A DNA stretch of 64,000 bases from an uncultured bacterium (GTDB lineage Bacteria > Muiribacteriota > Ozemobacteria > Ozemobacterales > Ozemobacteraceae), in the NCBI GenBank assembly GCA_964474705.1, contig CAYYUI010000004.1:7373-71372 (forward strand), given 5' to 3'. Positions within the stretch are counted from its first letter, which is position 1. Every line of letters begins with the position of its first letter. This document shows positions 7,661 through 16,520 of the stretch, piece after piece. The position numbers were made by a program, and so were the translations under genes. The notes under the pieces were generated by a model, which was not told where the DNA came from, ran no database searches, and saw only the letters and a list, made by a program, of their open reading frames with translations.

Positions 7661-8876
7661 CAGCATCGCCTCGGTCATAAGCATTTATGGGGGAGCATTA
7701 CCGGCCGCGTTTCTGATGGCAGTGACTTTTGCCATCTTCGGCATGTTTGTAGTTCTAAAAAAAATGGTATTCATCGGGGTGACCCTTTCAGAGGTGGCTG
7801 CCTGCGGGGTTGCTCTGGCGCTGATCTATGAATTGCCGCCGTTTGTCGGGGCTGCTCTTCTGTGTCTTTTCGTAGTCGCGATTCTGGCATACCCGTATGA
7901 GCACGCCAACCTTCCCCGCGATACCATTCTGGGAACGATATTCATTTTCGCTTCCGGAATGGGCATTCTGCTGGTGGCCCACAGTGGTTTCGGGCTTGAA
8001 AAGGTTAAAGCCATTCTGTATGGAAACCTTCTTTTTGCTTCATCAGCAGACCTCATAACCATTGCCGCCGTCATGCTGCCGTCTCTGCTGGCACTATTCG
8101 TCTTTTACAGGCCAATACTGTATTCGTTCCTTGATCGCGAATCTTCAATCACTCTCGGAATCAACGTCTGGCACTATGAACTGCTGTTTTTCATACTGCT
8201 TGGGCTTATTGTCGCCTCGGCATCACGTATTGCCGGAGTAATGCTTGTCTTCTGCTATCTTGTCATTCCGGCGGCAACAGCATTGCTTTTATCCCGGCAC
8301 CTTCTAGCGGGCATGATTATTGCAACAATTATGGCTATCGTCTCTACCATTCTTGGAATAATGACTTCCTACCAGGCAGATTTGCCACCAAATCAGCTGA
8401 TAGCTGTCATTTCAAGCTGCATGCTCGTCATTGCCATGTTCTATCGAAAATGTCGCAGCAGTTTTTCCAGGCCGGGCGCATTGGTAGTAGCCGGCACAAT
8501 ATTTCTGGCGCTGTTTTTGTTCCTCAACAGTCTGCATCCGGCAGCCGAAATTGCTTCAGCTGCCGATTTTTCGACCCTGCCTCTCCAGGAAAAACCCGCA
8601 GTAGAGATACAGCCTCAGACTGAATGTAATCTGCCACACGACTGGGCAACAATTACCGAAAACCTGGAAAAAGCGCTTATGAACGACAAAAAAGATGCAG
8701 TCAGGAACGCTGTCGAAACCCTCAAATCAAATCCACCGCCTTTTTTCTGCACTGCAATTGTCGAGATGATAAAACAAAAGACTGGCCGATCATTCGACTG
8801 GGACTACGATCTCCCCGCAAACTCGGAAAAGAATCTTCAGACATTGCATAAATTGGCTGAAGAACTGAAATTGTGA
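7647..8876 (+). CDS. metal ABC transporter permease (ABC-3 family) with about 135-aa C-terminal extension
   Basis: Multi-TM core starting MFNHDSIASVISIYGGALPAAFLMAV. The start was chosen at the ATG at 7647, which overlaps the ATPase stop. The tail after about 8445 adds one TM helix and a soluble domain. Confidence 0.8.
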   Translation: MFNHDSIASVISIYGGALPAAFLMAVTFAIFGMFVVLKKMVFIGVTLSEVAACGVALALIYELPPFVGAALLCLFVVAILAYPYEHANLPRDTILGTIFIFASGMGILLVAHSGFGLEKVKAILYGNLLFASSADLITIAAVMLPSLLALFVFYRPILYSFLDRESSITLGINVWHYELLFFILLGLIVASASRIAGVMLVFCYLVIPAATALLLSRHLLAGMIIATIMAIVSTILGIMTSYQADLPPNQLIAVISSCMLVIAMFYRKCRSSFSRPGALVVAGTIFLALFLFLNSLHPAAEIASAADFSTLPLQEKPAVEIQPQTECNLPHDWATITENLEKALMNDKKDAVRNAVETLKSNPPPFFCTAIVEMIKQKTGRSFDWDYDLPANSEKNLQTLHKLAEELKL

Positions 8877-8926
8877 TTTTTCACGCTAAAGTCTGCTTCC
8901 AGATTGTCTGCAAGCGGCCTGGCAGA

Positions 8927-9730
8927 TCAGACAGCAAATTCTATAGTTCGTCCTGAAAATACCTCTTCGCATCTGAACCTTATATGAAAGAGACTGATGA
9001 CCGAAGCATCGACGCAATGGCAGGGCATTAACAGACCAGGCTTAAGCTGTTCGAAAAAAGCAAATGTCTCATCGATGATCCCGCTGTCTTCCTTGATATG
9101 AAAACCGCCGATAACTGCAACCACCTTGTCGACACCGGTCACACGCCGGGCGTGCTCGATAATGTTGCATATGCCTGAATGCGCGCAACCAGAAATCACC
9201 AGTAAACCCTCAGATGTAGTAATTGCCAGGCCCGAATCATCAGAAACGAAGTCAGGCTGATCATTCTCGTTCTTGAAAGTGGTGGTTCTGGCTTCAAAGT
9301 CGTTCAATCTGGGTATCTGCCCCAGAAACACCACATTTTCACTGACTTTATAAGGCTCAGAGCTCAGAATCAGATCGAAGGCAGACTCAGCATGCTGCTG
9401 GTCATAATTCAGGCCAATATAAACCGAACCCTTTTCGCGATATCTTTTGATAAAACAACCAGGATGGCAGAGCAAAGGTCGTTTTGTCAGGTGGAAAAAG
9501 CCATTGCCATGATCGTAATGCCCATGACTAAGTATTGCAATAGGGGCAGAGTCAACATTTATACCAAGCAAGCCGGCATTTTCAAGAAAGAGGCGACTCT
9601 GACCAGAATCAAATAGAATATTCTGCCCGGCTTCAATAAACATTGAAAGGCCATGTTCGCCTCCACAGCCATTTCCTGGATTGTTATCAACGAGAAAAGT
9701 TATTCTGATTTTATTCTGAGCCGCGTTCAT
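8927..9730 (-). CDS. MBL-fold metallo-hydrolase
   Basis: HGHYDHGNG metal-binding motif, with later CAHSG and PCHC motifs. Its start overlaps the upstream stop by 4 nt. Confidence 0.8.
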   Translation of the reverse strand: MNAAQNKIRITFLVDNNPGNGCGGEHGLSMFIEAGQNILFDSGQSRLFLENAGLLGINVDSAPIAILSHGHYDHGNGFFHLTKRPLLCHPGCFIKRYREKGSVYIGLNYDQQHAESAFDLILSSEPYKVSENVVFLGQIPRLNDFEARTTTFKNENDQPDFVSDDSGLAITTSEGLLVISGCAHSGICNIIEHARRVTGVDKVVAVIGGFHIKEDSGIIDETFAFFEQLKPGLLMPCHCVDASVISLFHIRFRCEEVFSGRTIEFAV

Positions 9731-10557
9731 GCAAGCTTTTCCGACATCGTTCTACAGCAGTAACGATCATGCAGCTCAATAATGCGATTGTCGCAAAAGC
9801 CATTGCCAAGCGTGTCGACCAGCCTGCAGACGGCATACTGCGACGACTCCAGTTCGTATTCAGCGACCCATTCACGATACTCATCTTCACAGCCATCTGG
9901 AACCGGGCATCGATATTTTATCGTTTTTATTTTCATTCTAAAAGGCTTTGGGGTCAGCCGGGCGCGGTAGCATTTCTGATGGCGGCAAAGAAGAGCATAG
10001 AGGTTATCGGCGTTGATACGTTGACAAAAATCGCTGAACAGCGAAGATTCAGGCTCGATATACTGCCCGAGAACGATCAGGCGTATCCCCTTTGTGGTTT
10101 CATATACTCGCCAGGTGGTGCCGGGCAGAATCTGCTGAGAATGCAGTCGCCGCAAAAGATCTATGATGGCGGCCTTGTTATCGATTTTTTTGAAGGTCAG
10201 GGTCTCCCAGAAGGTTTTTTTATAGGAATCTATGTCGAAAATGCTCACAGAACCAGTATTGAGCACCAGCGCTCCATAGTAGTTTCTGGTGATGATATTT
10301 TCTGCATCTATCTCTTCGACAATATGCTCGCGGGTTGGGCGCTCATAACCGCTCTCGCGCTTTACCTGCCGATTGACAATCTGCTGAACCATTGTGGCTT
10401 TGAGACGACAGCAGTCTTCAGCATGGCGCTGAGATTCGTTCGATCCGGCAGAGCAATGAATTCGCCGCTTTTCGCCGTCGATTTCAACTTCGAAATCACC
10501 CGCCGCCCAGAAACGAAAAAGATGCAGCCGCTCAAGTAAGCATTTTTTTTCAGTCAT
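9727..10557 (-). CDS. hypothetical Cys-rich cytoplasmic protein
   Basis: ORF with no recognisable family. The start at 10557 (MTEKK) gives an 8-nt ATGACTGA overlap with the upstream gene. A GTG at 10605 is an alternative start. Confidence 0.55.
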   Translation of the reverse strand: MTEKKCLLERLHLFRFWAAGDFEVEIDGEKRRIHCSAGSNESQRHAEDCCRLKATMVQQIVNRQVKRESGYERPTREHIVEEIDAENIITRNYYGALVLNTGSVSIFDIDSYKKTFWETLTFKKIDNKAAIIDLLRRLHSQQILPGTTWRVYETTKGIRLIVLGQYIEPESSLFSDFCQRINADNLYALLCRHQKCYRARLTPKPFRMKIKTIKYRCPVPDGCEDEYREWVAEYELESSQYAVCRLVDTLGNGFCDNRIIELHDRYCCRTMSEKLA

Positions 10558-11206
10558 CACTGCCGCAGTATCCGCCTTCGCAGCTGCTGCAGGAACCGCC
10601 TTCACAACCAGAACCAGCTTCGGAATTCAGATCCTGCATTGTCTGGTTGATGATCTCGTTACTGAGATCCTGGCCGCTTTTCAAACCGTCTTCAAGAGCC
10701 TGATCAGCTGTCTGACCGGCTTCCTGTAAAGCTTTTTCAGTGAGCTGTCTGCCCATATCCAGACCCTGTTTTGTGGCCTCATCAGCGACTTTCAGACTCT
10801 GCTCGACTACCTTGCCGGTGAATTCGCTGGTCTGCTTGAGAATATCGCCAACCTGAGCGTTGATATCTTTGAGAAGAACATCTATCATTTTGCCGCTGTC
10901 ACCATGTGATTTTACAAGCAGGCTTTTTACCTGTTCATCAACTGCTTCGATGGCCTTTTTAACCTGTTCATCGTTACCGCCGAGCGATTTACCGATCACT
11001 CCTTCAAGGTGGCTTTTCATGGTATCCACAACCAATCGGGTGGCCTGATCGTTAGTGTCGTTGGTCAATTGCGCCAGTTTGGTCACATTCGCCAGAATCG
11101 GCGCCGCAACCTCATCTGCAGTTCCGGTAATTTCGGCCGAAAGTGGCGATACCAAAATTCCAAAAGCCATAACCATACCAGCAAAATTCCTGACTATTTT
11201 ATTCAT
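10550..11206 (-). CDS. secreted helical-repeat protein with Cys-rich C-terminal tail
   Basis: AGGTGG RBS before the ATG at 11206. Signal peptide MNKIVRNFAGMVMAFGILVSPLSA, a long Lys/Glu/Gln-rich helical region, and the tail GSGCEGGSCSSCEGGYCGSDD. Confidence 0.6.
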   Translation of the reverse strand: MNKIVRNFAGMVMAFGILVSPLSAEITGTADEVAAPILANVTKLAQLTNDTNDQATRLVVDTMKSHLEGVIGKSLGGNDEQVKKAIEAVDEQVKSLLVKSHGDSGKMIDVLLKDINAQVGDILKQTSEFTGKVVEQSLKVADEATKQGLDMGRQLTEKALQEAGQTADQALEDGLKSGQDLSNEIINQTMQDLNSEAGSGCEGGSCSSCEGGYCGSDD

Positions 11207-11818
11207 AGATTCCACCTTGTTCAGATTTCAACAGAACTCAGAAATCATACCTGTACAAATGCCAACCAGGCAAGCCCAACCCAGAATTTGTCAAATCATT
11301 GAATCTGTCAAAAGTTAAATAGAGTCTGTTCTACAACCCGTCTTCTCTCCGGGCCTGTTGATCGTTTTTTAGAGAGGGCTTAATTATTGATAAACAGAAT
11401 TAAAACAGATTTTATTGCCCCTTTGCGAAGAATACTCCAGGCGTGGACAGAAGGCGGGGTTACTTTTTCGGAAGCTTGTTTTGCACAGTATGTGCACATG
11501 CAGAACCGCGCAGGACAGAGCGGTTCTGCTCAGCGAAACGTTTTGCCGAAGGCAAAGGCCAGGTCTGAGCAAATCGCTGTAGGCCTGACAGCATATTTTC
11601 TGATGGTATCGAGTATCGCTGACATCCTGTCAGCAAAAAAGTATTTAAGCAGGAAACTTTTTTGTCGCGTGAGCCAGAAGAGTGGCGAGCGACGCCCGAC
11701 TGATAGTCGCGCTGGCCTTTATAACCGACACTTGTTTTACTGGACTCAATAATACAGTCATTAAAAAGCAGCTATCAACATGGTTCTGTTGCGGGCAAAA
11801 TGCCTTATGAAGATAAAA

Positions 11819-11855
11819 ACCCGCCCATAAAAAGATCAAATATCTCCGGGCGGGT
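11819..11855 (-). terminator. hairpin plus T-run downstream of the peroxiredoxin gene
   Basis: The reverse strand reads ACCCGCCC-(21 nt)-GGGCGGGT followed by TTTTATCTT. The loop is long. Confidence 0.45.
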
Positions 11856-11871
11856 ATAAGTCAGAGTGCTA

Positions 11872-12525
11872 TCAGAGTTTCTTGTAAACAAACCACCAGT
11901 CGTAGCTGTCTTTCTCGGCTTTACGCTTCATTGCAGTTTCCATGTCTTTGGCCGGCGGCACAATGACTTTGTCCTGAAGCAATTCGTTGTTTGGCCAGTT
12001 TTCTGGAAGAGCGACCTTGTTGGCATCAGCAACCTGCATGGCCTTGAGAGCACGCAGAACTTCGTCGACCTGACGTCCTATTTCCTGCGGATAATAAATG
12101 ATCAGTCTGGTAATACCGTTGGGATCGATTATGAATACGGCACGAACGGTGTTAGCGCCTTTGCCCGGGTGAAGCATTCCCAGTTTTCTGGCGATAGAAC
12201 CCTGATCGTCGGCGATGATCGGGAAAGGAATCTTTACCTGCAGCTTTTCTTCGATCCATTCGACCCATTTAATGTGCGAGAAAACCTGATCGATTGACAA
12301 ACCTACCAGTTCGGCGTTGAGCTTCTTGAATTCCGCTTCACGTTTTGCAAAAGCAACGAATTCAGTGGTGCATACCGGGGTAAAATCGCCAGGATGACTG
12401 AAAAGAACTATCCATTTGCCGGCATAATCTTTGGGAAAGCTTTTCATACCATGAGTGGTCTGTACGGTAAATTCAGGCATTCTATCTCCGAGAAGTGGCA
12501 TTACAAAATTCTGTACGTTTTCCAT
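11872..12525 (-). CDS. 1-Cys peroxiredoxin (Prx6-type)
   Basis: [14 protein letters not shown] active-site motif, and near full-length resemblance to Prx6-family proteins. Confidence 0.93.
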   Translation of the reverse strand: MENVQNFVMPLLGDRMPEFTVQTTHGMKSFPKDYAGKWIVLFSHPGDFTPVCTTEFVAFAKREAEFKKLNAELVGLSIDQVFSHIKWVEWIEEKLQVKIPFPIIADDQGSIARKLGMLHPGKGANTVRAVFIIDPNGITRLIIYYPQEIGRQVDEVLRALKAMQVADANKVALPENWPNNELLQDKVIVPPAKDMETAMKRKAEKDSYDWWFVYKKL

Positions 12526-12565
12526 TATTTCCTCCAGTTAAATTTGAAACTACGCCGTTGTAAAA

Positions 12566-12580
12566 GCAACCGGTGTGCCA
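12566..12580 (-). promoter_or_regulatory. sigma54 (-24/-12) promoter for the peroxiredoxin gene
   Basis: The reverse strand reads TGGCAC-ACCGG-TTGC with consensus spacing. It lies about 40 nt upstream of the ATG at 12525. Confidence 0.7.
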
Positions 12581-12636
12581 GATCCTTCATATCTTTTTCT
12601 GATGCTGATCAGCGCTGTTTCTAAAATGGAAATCCA

Positions 12637-12690
12637 CCGAAATATCGTCAGACACCACAACGCTATTTCGTTATCACCAATATTTCGTTA
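12637..12690. promoter_or_regulatory. candidate enhancer (UAS): three copies of CGAAATA in mixed orientation
   Basis: CCGAAATATCG (12637-12647), CTATTTCG (12663-12670) and ATATTTCG (12680-12687) lie 60-110 nt upstream of the sigma54 promoter. Confidence 0.3.
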
Positions 12691-12754
12691 CTTTCTTTTG
12701 TTTAAGATACACCCACTGCAAATCACACTCAGAATAGCTTGCTGATCAGCGGTT

Positions 12755-14251
12755 TCAGCAGTTTTTCTTATCAAGGCCAATTTTTTTTATTTTGCTCTGC
12801 AGGGTTGTCGGCTTGAGATTCAGAAGAGCTGCCGCCCCGTCTTTACCGTAAATGCGGCCACCACACTGCTGCAGAGCGCGGGTTATAATCCGCCCGATTT
12901 CAGTCTCGAAATCAGATACAGCGGCATCATCGGTGGCAAATGCTGCCGTTCGCACTTTTATCTGTGTTTCAAAAAATATATGTTCAGGCTCGATCTGACC
13001 ACCGCGACAGTTGATCAGAGCTCTCTCAACAGTATTCTGCAGCTCTCTGACATTTCCCGGCCAGGCATTTTCAAGCAGCTTGCGCATCGCCGGGCCCGAA
13101 ATCACCACTTTGTCATAACCAAATCTGGCTCGCAATCGTTCAACAAAGTGATGCGCCAGCAAAACGACGTCACCTTGCCTGTCTCGAAGCGGTGGAACCA
13201 TTATCGGAAAAACATTAAGGCGATAATACAGGTCTTCACGAAATCGGCCCAGCTTAATCTTCTCTTCAAGCCTGACGTTTGTAGCGCTGATGACACGCAC
13301 ATCGGCATGCAGCGTTTTTTCACCGCCCAGACGTTCGAAGGTGCCCTGCTGAATGGCACGCAACAGTTTCGGCTGGGTCTCGATCGGCAGATCACCCAGT
13401 TCATCGAGAAACAGAGTGCCGCCATCAGCGAGTTCAAATCGTCCCTTTCTGGTCGAAACCGCACCGGTAAAGGCACCTTTTTCATGGCCAAACAATTCAC
13501 TTTCGGCCAGGTTATGATGCAAAGCCGAGCAATTCAGCGTTATAAAAGGCTGCTTTGCACGTCCGGAAAGGGCATGCACTGCTTTGGCAACCTGTTCTTT
13601 GCCGGCGCCAGTCTCGCCCAGAATCAGAACATGCGAGTCGGTAGGAGCGACGAGTCGTATTTTTTCAAGCACCTGCTGCCATTTAGTCGAGTTTCCGATC
13701 AGGCCTCCTGCTACCTGTGCCATTTCTGCGACAAACGAATTTCTCTCAAAAACCAGAGTCTCCTTCTCACTCATCAGGCGGTCATTCTGCAATGCCTGAG
13801 CCAGAGCTATCGCCAGAAGCTTTGCCAGGATGCCGGCAATTTTTACCCGTTCAGGCGTGAACAGGTCACATTGCCGATGATCGAGGGTCATCAACCCAAT
13901 CGTTTCGCTGCCGGCCTTCAGGGGTGTCAACATGCATGAATGCACGGCCGGCAATTCTATCACTCCATCCCAGGTGTCGCGTTGTTGCGGATCACCACGG
14001 TCTTTGATCACTGAAACCTCGCCATGCCTGAGAACTGCACGGATATCTGGCCGGTCGTCAGCACAAATCATCTGATTTGCGAGTTTATCGTTATTGAGAA
14101 CCCCGCTGCTAAAACGTACCTGAAGCATATCTCCCTTTTCCAGGCTCATTATTACAGCCAGTTCAAAAGGAATGACCTCTTGTATTGCCTCGAGGACAAT
14201 ACCCATGGCTTTTTCGGGGCTAAGAGCCAGCGATATTTCAGTTGTAAGCAT
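12755..14251 (-). CDS. sigma54-dependent transcriptional activator with N-terminal GAF domain
   Basis: Walker [15 protein letters not shown] loop, [13 protein letters not shown], and a C-terminal Fis-type HTH. Confidence 0.92.
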   Translation of the reverse strand: MLTTEISLALSPEKAMGIVLEAIQEVIPFELAVIMSLEKGDMLQVRFSSGVLNNDKLANQMICADDRPDIRAVLRHGEVSVIKDRGDPQQRDTWDGVIELPAVHSCMLTPLKAGSETIGLMTLDHRQCDLFTPERVKIAGILAKLLAIALAQALQNDRLMSEKETLVFERNSFVAEMAQVAGGLIGNSTKWQQVLEKIRLVAPTDSHVLILGETGAGKEQVAKAVHALSGRAKQPFITLNCSALHHNLAESELFGHEKGAFTGAVSTRKGRFELADGGTLFLDELGDLPIETQPKLLRAIQQGTFERLGGEKTLHADVRVISATNVRLEEKIKLGRFREDLYYRLNVFPIMVPPLRDRQGDVVLLAHHFVERLRARFGYDKVVISGPAMRKLLENAWPGNVRELQNTVERALINCRGGQIEPEHIFFETQIKVRTAAFATDDAAVSDFETEIGRIITRALQQCGGRIYGKDGAAALLNLKPTTLQSKIKKIGLDKKNC

Positions 14252-14271
14252 CGATCACCTGCATGGCTGCA

Positions 14272-15015
14272 CTATACCACCACGTTTTTGAAAAGCAGAT
14301 GTTTCTTGAGCAGCATCGTGCCGCCGCCTTCTGAAACGATGCATTTAACGCGTTCAGCATCCGCCACATAAGAACCGCTCAGTTGGGTAATTCTCGTGCC
14401 GGCAAAGGCTTCCGGGCACATCGGCGTCGACGGCCCAAGCATCAGTGCGGCGCGGTTCCGTTTCAGAGACTGCAGCAGACCATCGCAGGTGCCGTTTATG
14501 ATGCTGGTCGAAGTAATGATGGCGACATCACATTCTTCAAGAGCACGAAAACCCTGCTCGGGCGAAATGACATCAGGTTTGTCGGGGTTGAGTTCGACGA
14601 CTTCGAAGCGGCAGCCGGTAGCCTTGATCGCAGGAACTACCGGAGCAAAGTAGCCTACCATGACCACATGATCTTCAGGCTGTATTTTCAGCAGCGATAC
14701 CGCTTCACCACTGACAAAATTGCGGTTATTGGTCGCATTCAGAGCATTAAAAACCGTCAAACCGGCGGCGCGAGCCAGATCGTTGTCATGACCCAGCCAG
14801 GCCAGCACAGTTTCTGCAGCACTGCCGGCAATAGTGCCCGCAGCAGGTAAGTGAGTGCAGGAGCAGGCCCTGTCGTTGACCAGAGTGCATGCCAGGCCAA
14901 TGTGCCCGTTATCTAGTTCAGCACAGGAATACCCGAGACCAAAACGCAGATCTTTAACGATACGGCCGGCGGCCCAGGGTTTCGCGATTTCAATCAGTTT
15001 TTCCGCAATTTTCAT
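14272..15015 (-). CDS. DUF364/DUF4213 (putative metal-chelation Rossmann-like) protein
   Basis: AAGGAGAGAG RBS before the ATG at 15015. The sequence pattern (LRFGLGYSCAELDNGHIGLA..VVMVGYF..DVAIITSTSIINGT) is typical of that family, as far as I recall. Confidence 0.65.
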   Translation of the reverse strand: MKIAEKLIEIAKPWAAGRIVKDLRFGLGYSCAELDNGHIGLACTLVNDRACSCTHLPAAGTIAGSAAETVLAWLGHDNDLARAAGLTVFNALNATNNRNFVSGEAVSLLKIQPEDHVVMVGYFAPVVPAIKATGCRFEVVELNPDKPDVISPEQGFRALEECDVAIITSTSIINGTCDGLLQSLKRNRAALMLGPSTPMCPEAFAGTRITQLSGSYVADAERVKCIVSEGGGTMLLKKHLLFKNVVV

Positions 15016-15109
15016 TCTCTCTCCTTTGTAATGCCGGAACATGCAAACATGCTCTTACGACATTCTATTTTTTATATTTTCAGGCTAACCTGTCTAAGTT
15101 ATTATTGAA

Positions 15110-15127
15110 ATCATACATATGTATGAT
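15110..15127. promoter_or_regulatory. perfect 18-bp palindrome ATCATACATATGTATGAT in a divergent promoter region
   Basis: Read directly from the sequence. It lies between the DUF364-activator operon (minus strand) and the CoA-binding protein gene (plus strand). Confidence 0.55.
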
Positions 15128-15165
15128 AATTTATTACAAGATAATACCAGCCTGCAAGGAGTTTT

Positions 15166-15540
15166 ATGAGCCAGAAAAAGGAACGCGTGGTAGTGCTTGG
15201 CGCCAGCCCAAACCCTGAACGTTATTCATACAAGGCCGTCTGCATGTTGCTTGAACATGGGCATGAAGTAGTTCCGGTACATCCGGTTGCCGATAAAATC
15301 GAGAATTTGCCGGTAGTCGCCAGGCTGCATCAGGTTACCGGCCATGTCGACACCCTGACTCTTTACCTTTCTGCCGATACTTTGACAGCGCTTGAAAATG
15401 ACATCGTCAACCTCAAACCCGGCCGCGTCATTTTCAATCCAGGAACCGAAAACCCAACTCTGATGGAAAATCTGCGTAAGAGAGGGCTCAATGTGGTTCA
15501 GGCCTGTACTTTGGTATTACTGCGTACCGGCCAATACTGA
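15166..15540 (+). CDS. CoA-binding domain protein
   Basis: VVVLGASPNPERYSYKAV..HGHEVVPVHP is typical of the small CoA-binding (YccU-like) family. Confidence 0.75.
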   Translation: MSQKKERVVVLGASPNPERYSYKAVCMLLEHGHEVVPVHPVADKIENLPVVARLHQVTGHVDTLTLYLSADTLTALENDIVNLKPGRVIFNPGTENPTLMENLRKRGLNVVQACTLVLLRTGQY

Positions 15541-15543
15541 CGG

Positions 15544-15888
15544 ATGACAGAAATTCCCGACGGACAGAACTCGCCACAGCAGGAACTTCCTGAGCAGGCT
15601 GTACCAGAGAAAAGTTACCGCCAGCCGCCGCCAATGGACCCTTTTCTGGTGGATATTTTTCAGGCGGGCCTGATATGTGGTGTCACAGCTGCCATATTGC
15701 TGATTTTCAATTATTTTGATGATCCCCGGGGCGGCAAGATTGATTTTGTGACCGGGGTCGGCTTCTCTATGGTCTCATGCTTTTTCGGCGCCATTATGAT
15801 GTATTTCAGAGGAATAATGCGTGGGCGCAGATTCATAGACTCTGGCCGTCTGGTGAAAAGAACCGGCAAAAAGTCGCGAAAACGCTGA
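15544..15888 (+). CDS. small two-TM membrane protein, hypothetical
   Basis: Two hydrophobic helices and a basic C-terminus. It follows 3 nt after the upstream stop. Confidence 0.5.
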   Translation: MTEIPDGQNSPQQELPEQAVPEKSYRQPPPMDPFLVDIFQAGLICGVTAAILLIFNYFDDPRGGKIDFVTGVGFSMVSCFFGAIMMYFRGIMRGRRFIDSGRLVKRTGKKSRKR

Positions 15889-16077
15889 GCTACGCCGCTT
15901 TGCCGCTATAGCAAAGCGGCAACAGTTGCCAAAATAGTCGATTTTTAATAACGAAGCGATTGCTTCAGGGCTTAGCCCTTTGCGAAAACCAGCGGATAGC
16001 CAAGTGTCGCAGAATCACCGAAGTTCGAACGAACTGACCAGCGACATGTTACCAACCATCATTAAATTTTGGTCGAA

Positions 16078-16433
16078 TTCGTAATCGTTGTCGATTTACT
16101 TGTTCGAAGATGACAACGGTTGCCGCAACGCTGCGCTCTGCGCAAACGCTTACCTAACTATCAAATGCCGGTTTCGGCAGGTCAGGGATTGCATGAGCGA
16201 GCTTGTTCTGCCAGAATGGCATTTTGCTGCGTAAGTCAGGGATGCAAAAGCGCCCCAGCATTCAATAGTTCTCTGCAAACGATGCCGCAAAGACCGGACG
16301 CTTTGCCTGGCAGGCAAACGCTGGTGATTGCCGCAGGATGCGGCTTTTTAACATGAGTCGTTATGTCGCGTAACCCAGGATAGCGGAAGTGGCGGCAATA
16401 ACGGCCGCATCGCTTCACTCCTCGCAGTGAAGC
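16078..16433. repeat. composite non-coding repeat element (copy 1)
   Basis: Contains TTCGTAATCGTTGTCG, a hairpin CGTTGTC(16086-16092)/GACAACG(16112-16118), degenerate internal repeats (GTCAGGGAT twice, CAAACG three times), and a terminal hairpin GCTTCACT-CCTCGC-AGTGAAGC (16412-16433). The modules are shared with 43388-43607 and 38905-39010. Confidence 0.6.
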
Positions 16434-16452
16434 AATCTTAATCCTGAAAAGC

Positions 16453-16481
16453 TTGACTTAGGAGAGCTGGCGTCATAAAAT
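16453..16481 (+). promoter_or_regulatory. sigma70-type promoter TTGACT-N17-TAAAAT for the DUF134 cluster
   Basis: The hexamers lie at 16453-16458 and 16476-16481 with a 17-nt spacer. Confidence 0.55.
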
Positions 16482-16486
16482 AGTTA

Positions 16487-16498
16487 TTAGCTTATGCC
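16487..16498. promoter_or_regulatory. operator-like box TTAGCTTATGCC (extends to ..CCAAAAA)
   Basis: Sits between the -10 hexamer and the RBS of the DUF134 gene. It matches 3275-3291 at 16 of 17 positions. Confidence 0.45.
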
Positions 16499-16520
16499 AA
16501 AAAAAGGATTCTGATTTTTT

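Noticed and set aside
11387-11752. 121-aa ORF (TTG start) as a gene
   Set aside because: It has no RBS and strong perfect hairpins inside it. The amino-acid sequence has no recognisable features. It is left unannotated and flagged as a gene-poor region.
12980-13939. Long antisense ORFs in the track: 12980-13939, 1658-2383, 9769-10539, 19888-20538, 21245-21925, 22258-23217, 31296-32045, 36849-37754, 38939-39709, 42297-42821, 47280-47864, 54123-55049, 60441-61343, 61934-62488
   Set aside because: Each lies opposite a gene with clear family motifs, and their translations are low-complexity or Arg/Ser/Ala-rich shadow sequences.
16171-16200. CAGGTCAGGG as part of an SRP (4.5S) RNA
   Set aside because: The conserved GGAA/AGCA domain IV motifs and the complementary 3' strand are absent.
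16120-16356. 78-aa ORF in the 15.9-16.45 kb gap
   Set aside because: It lies entirely within degenerate repeat sequence, is Cys/Ala/Arg-rich, and has no RBS.
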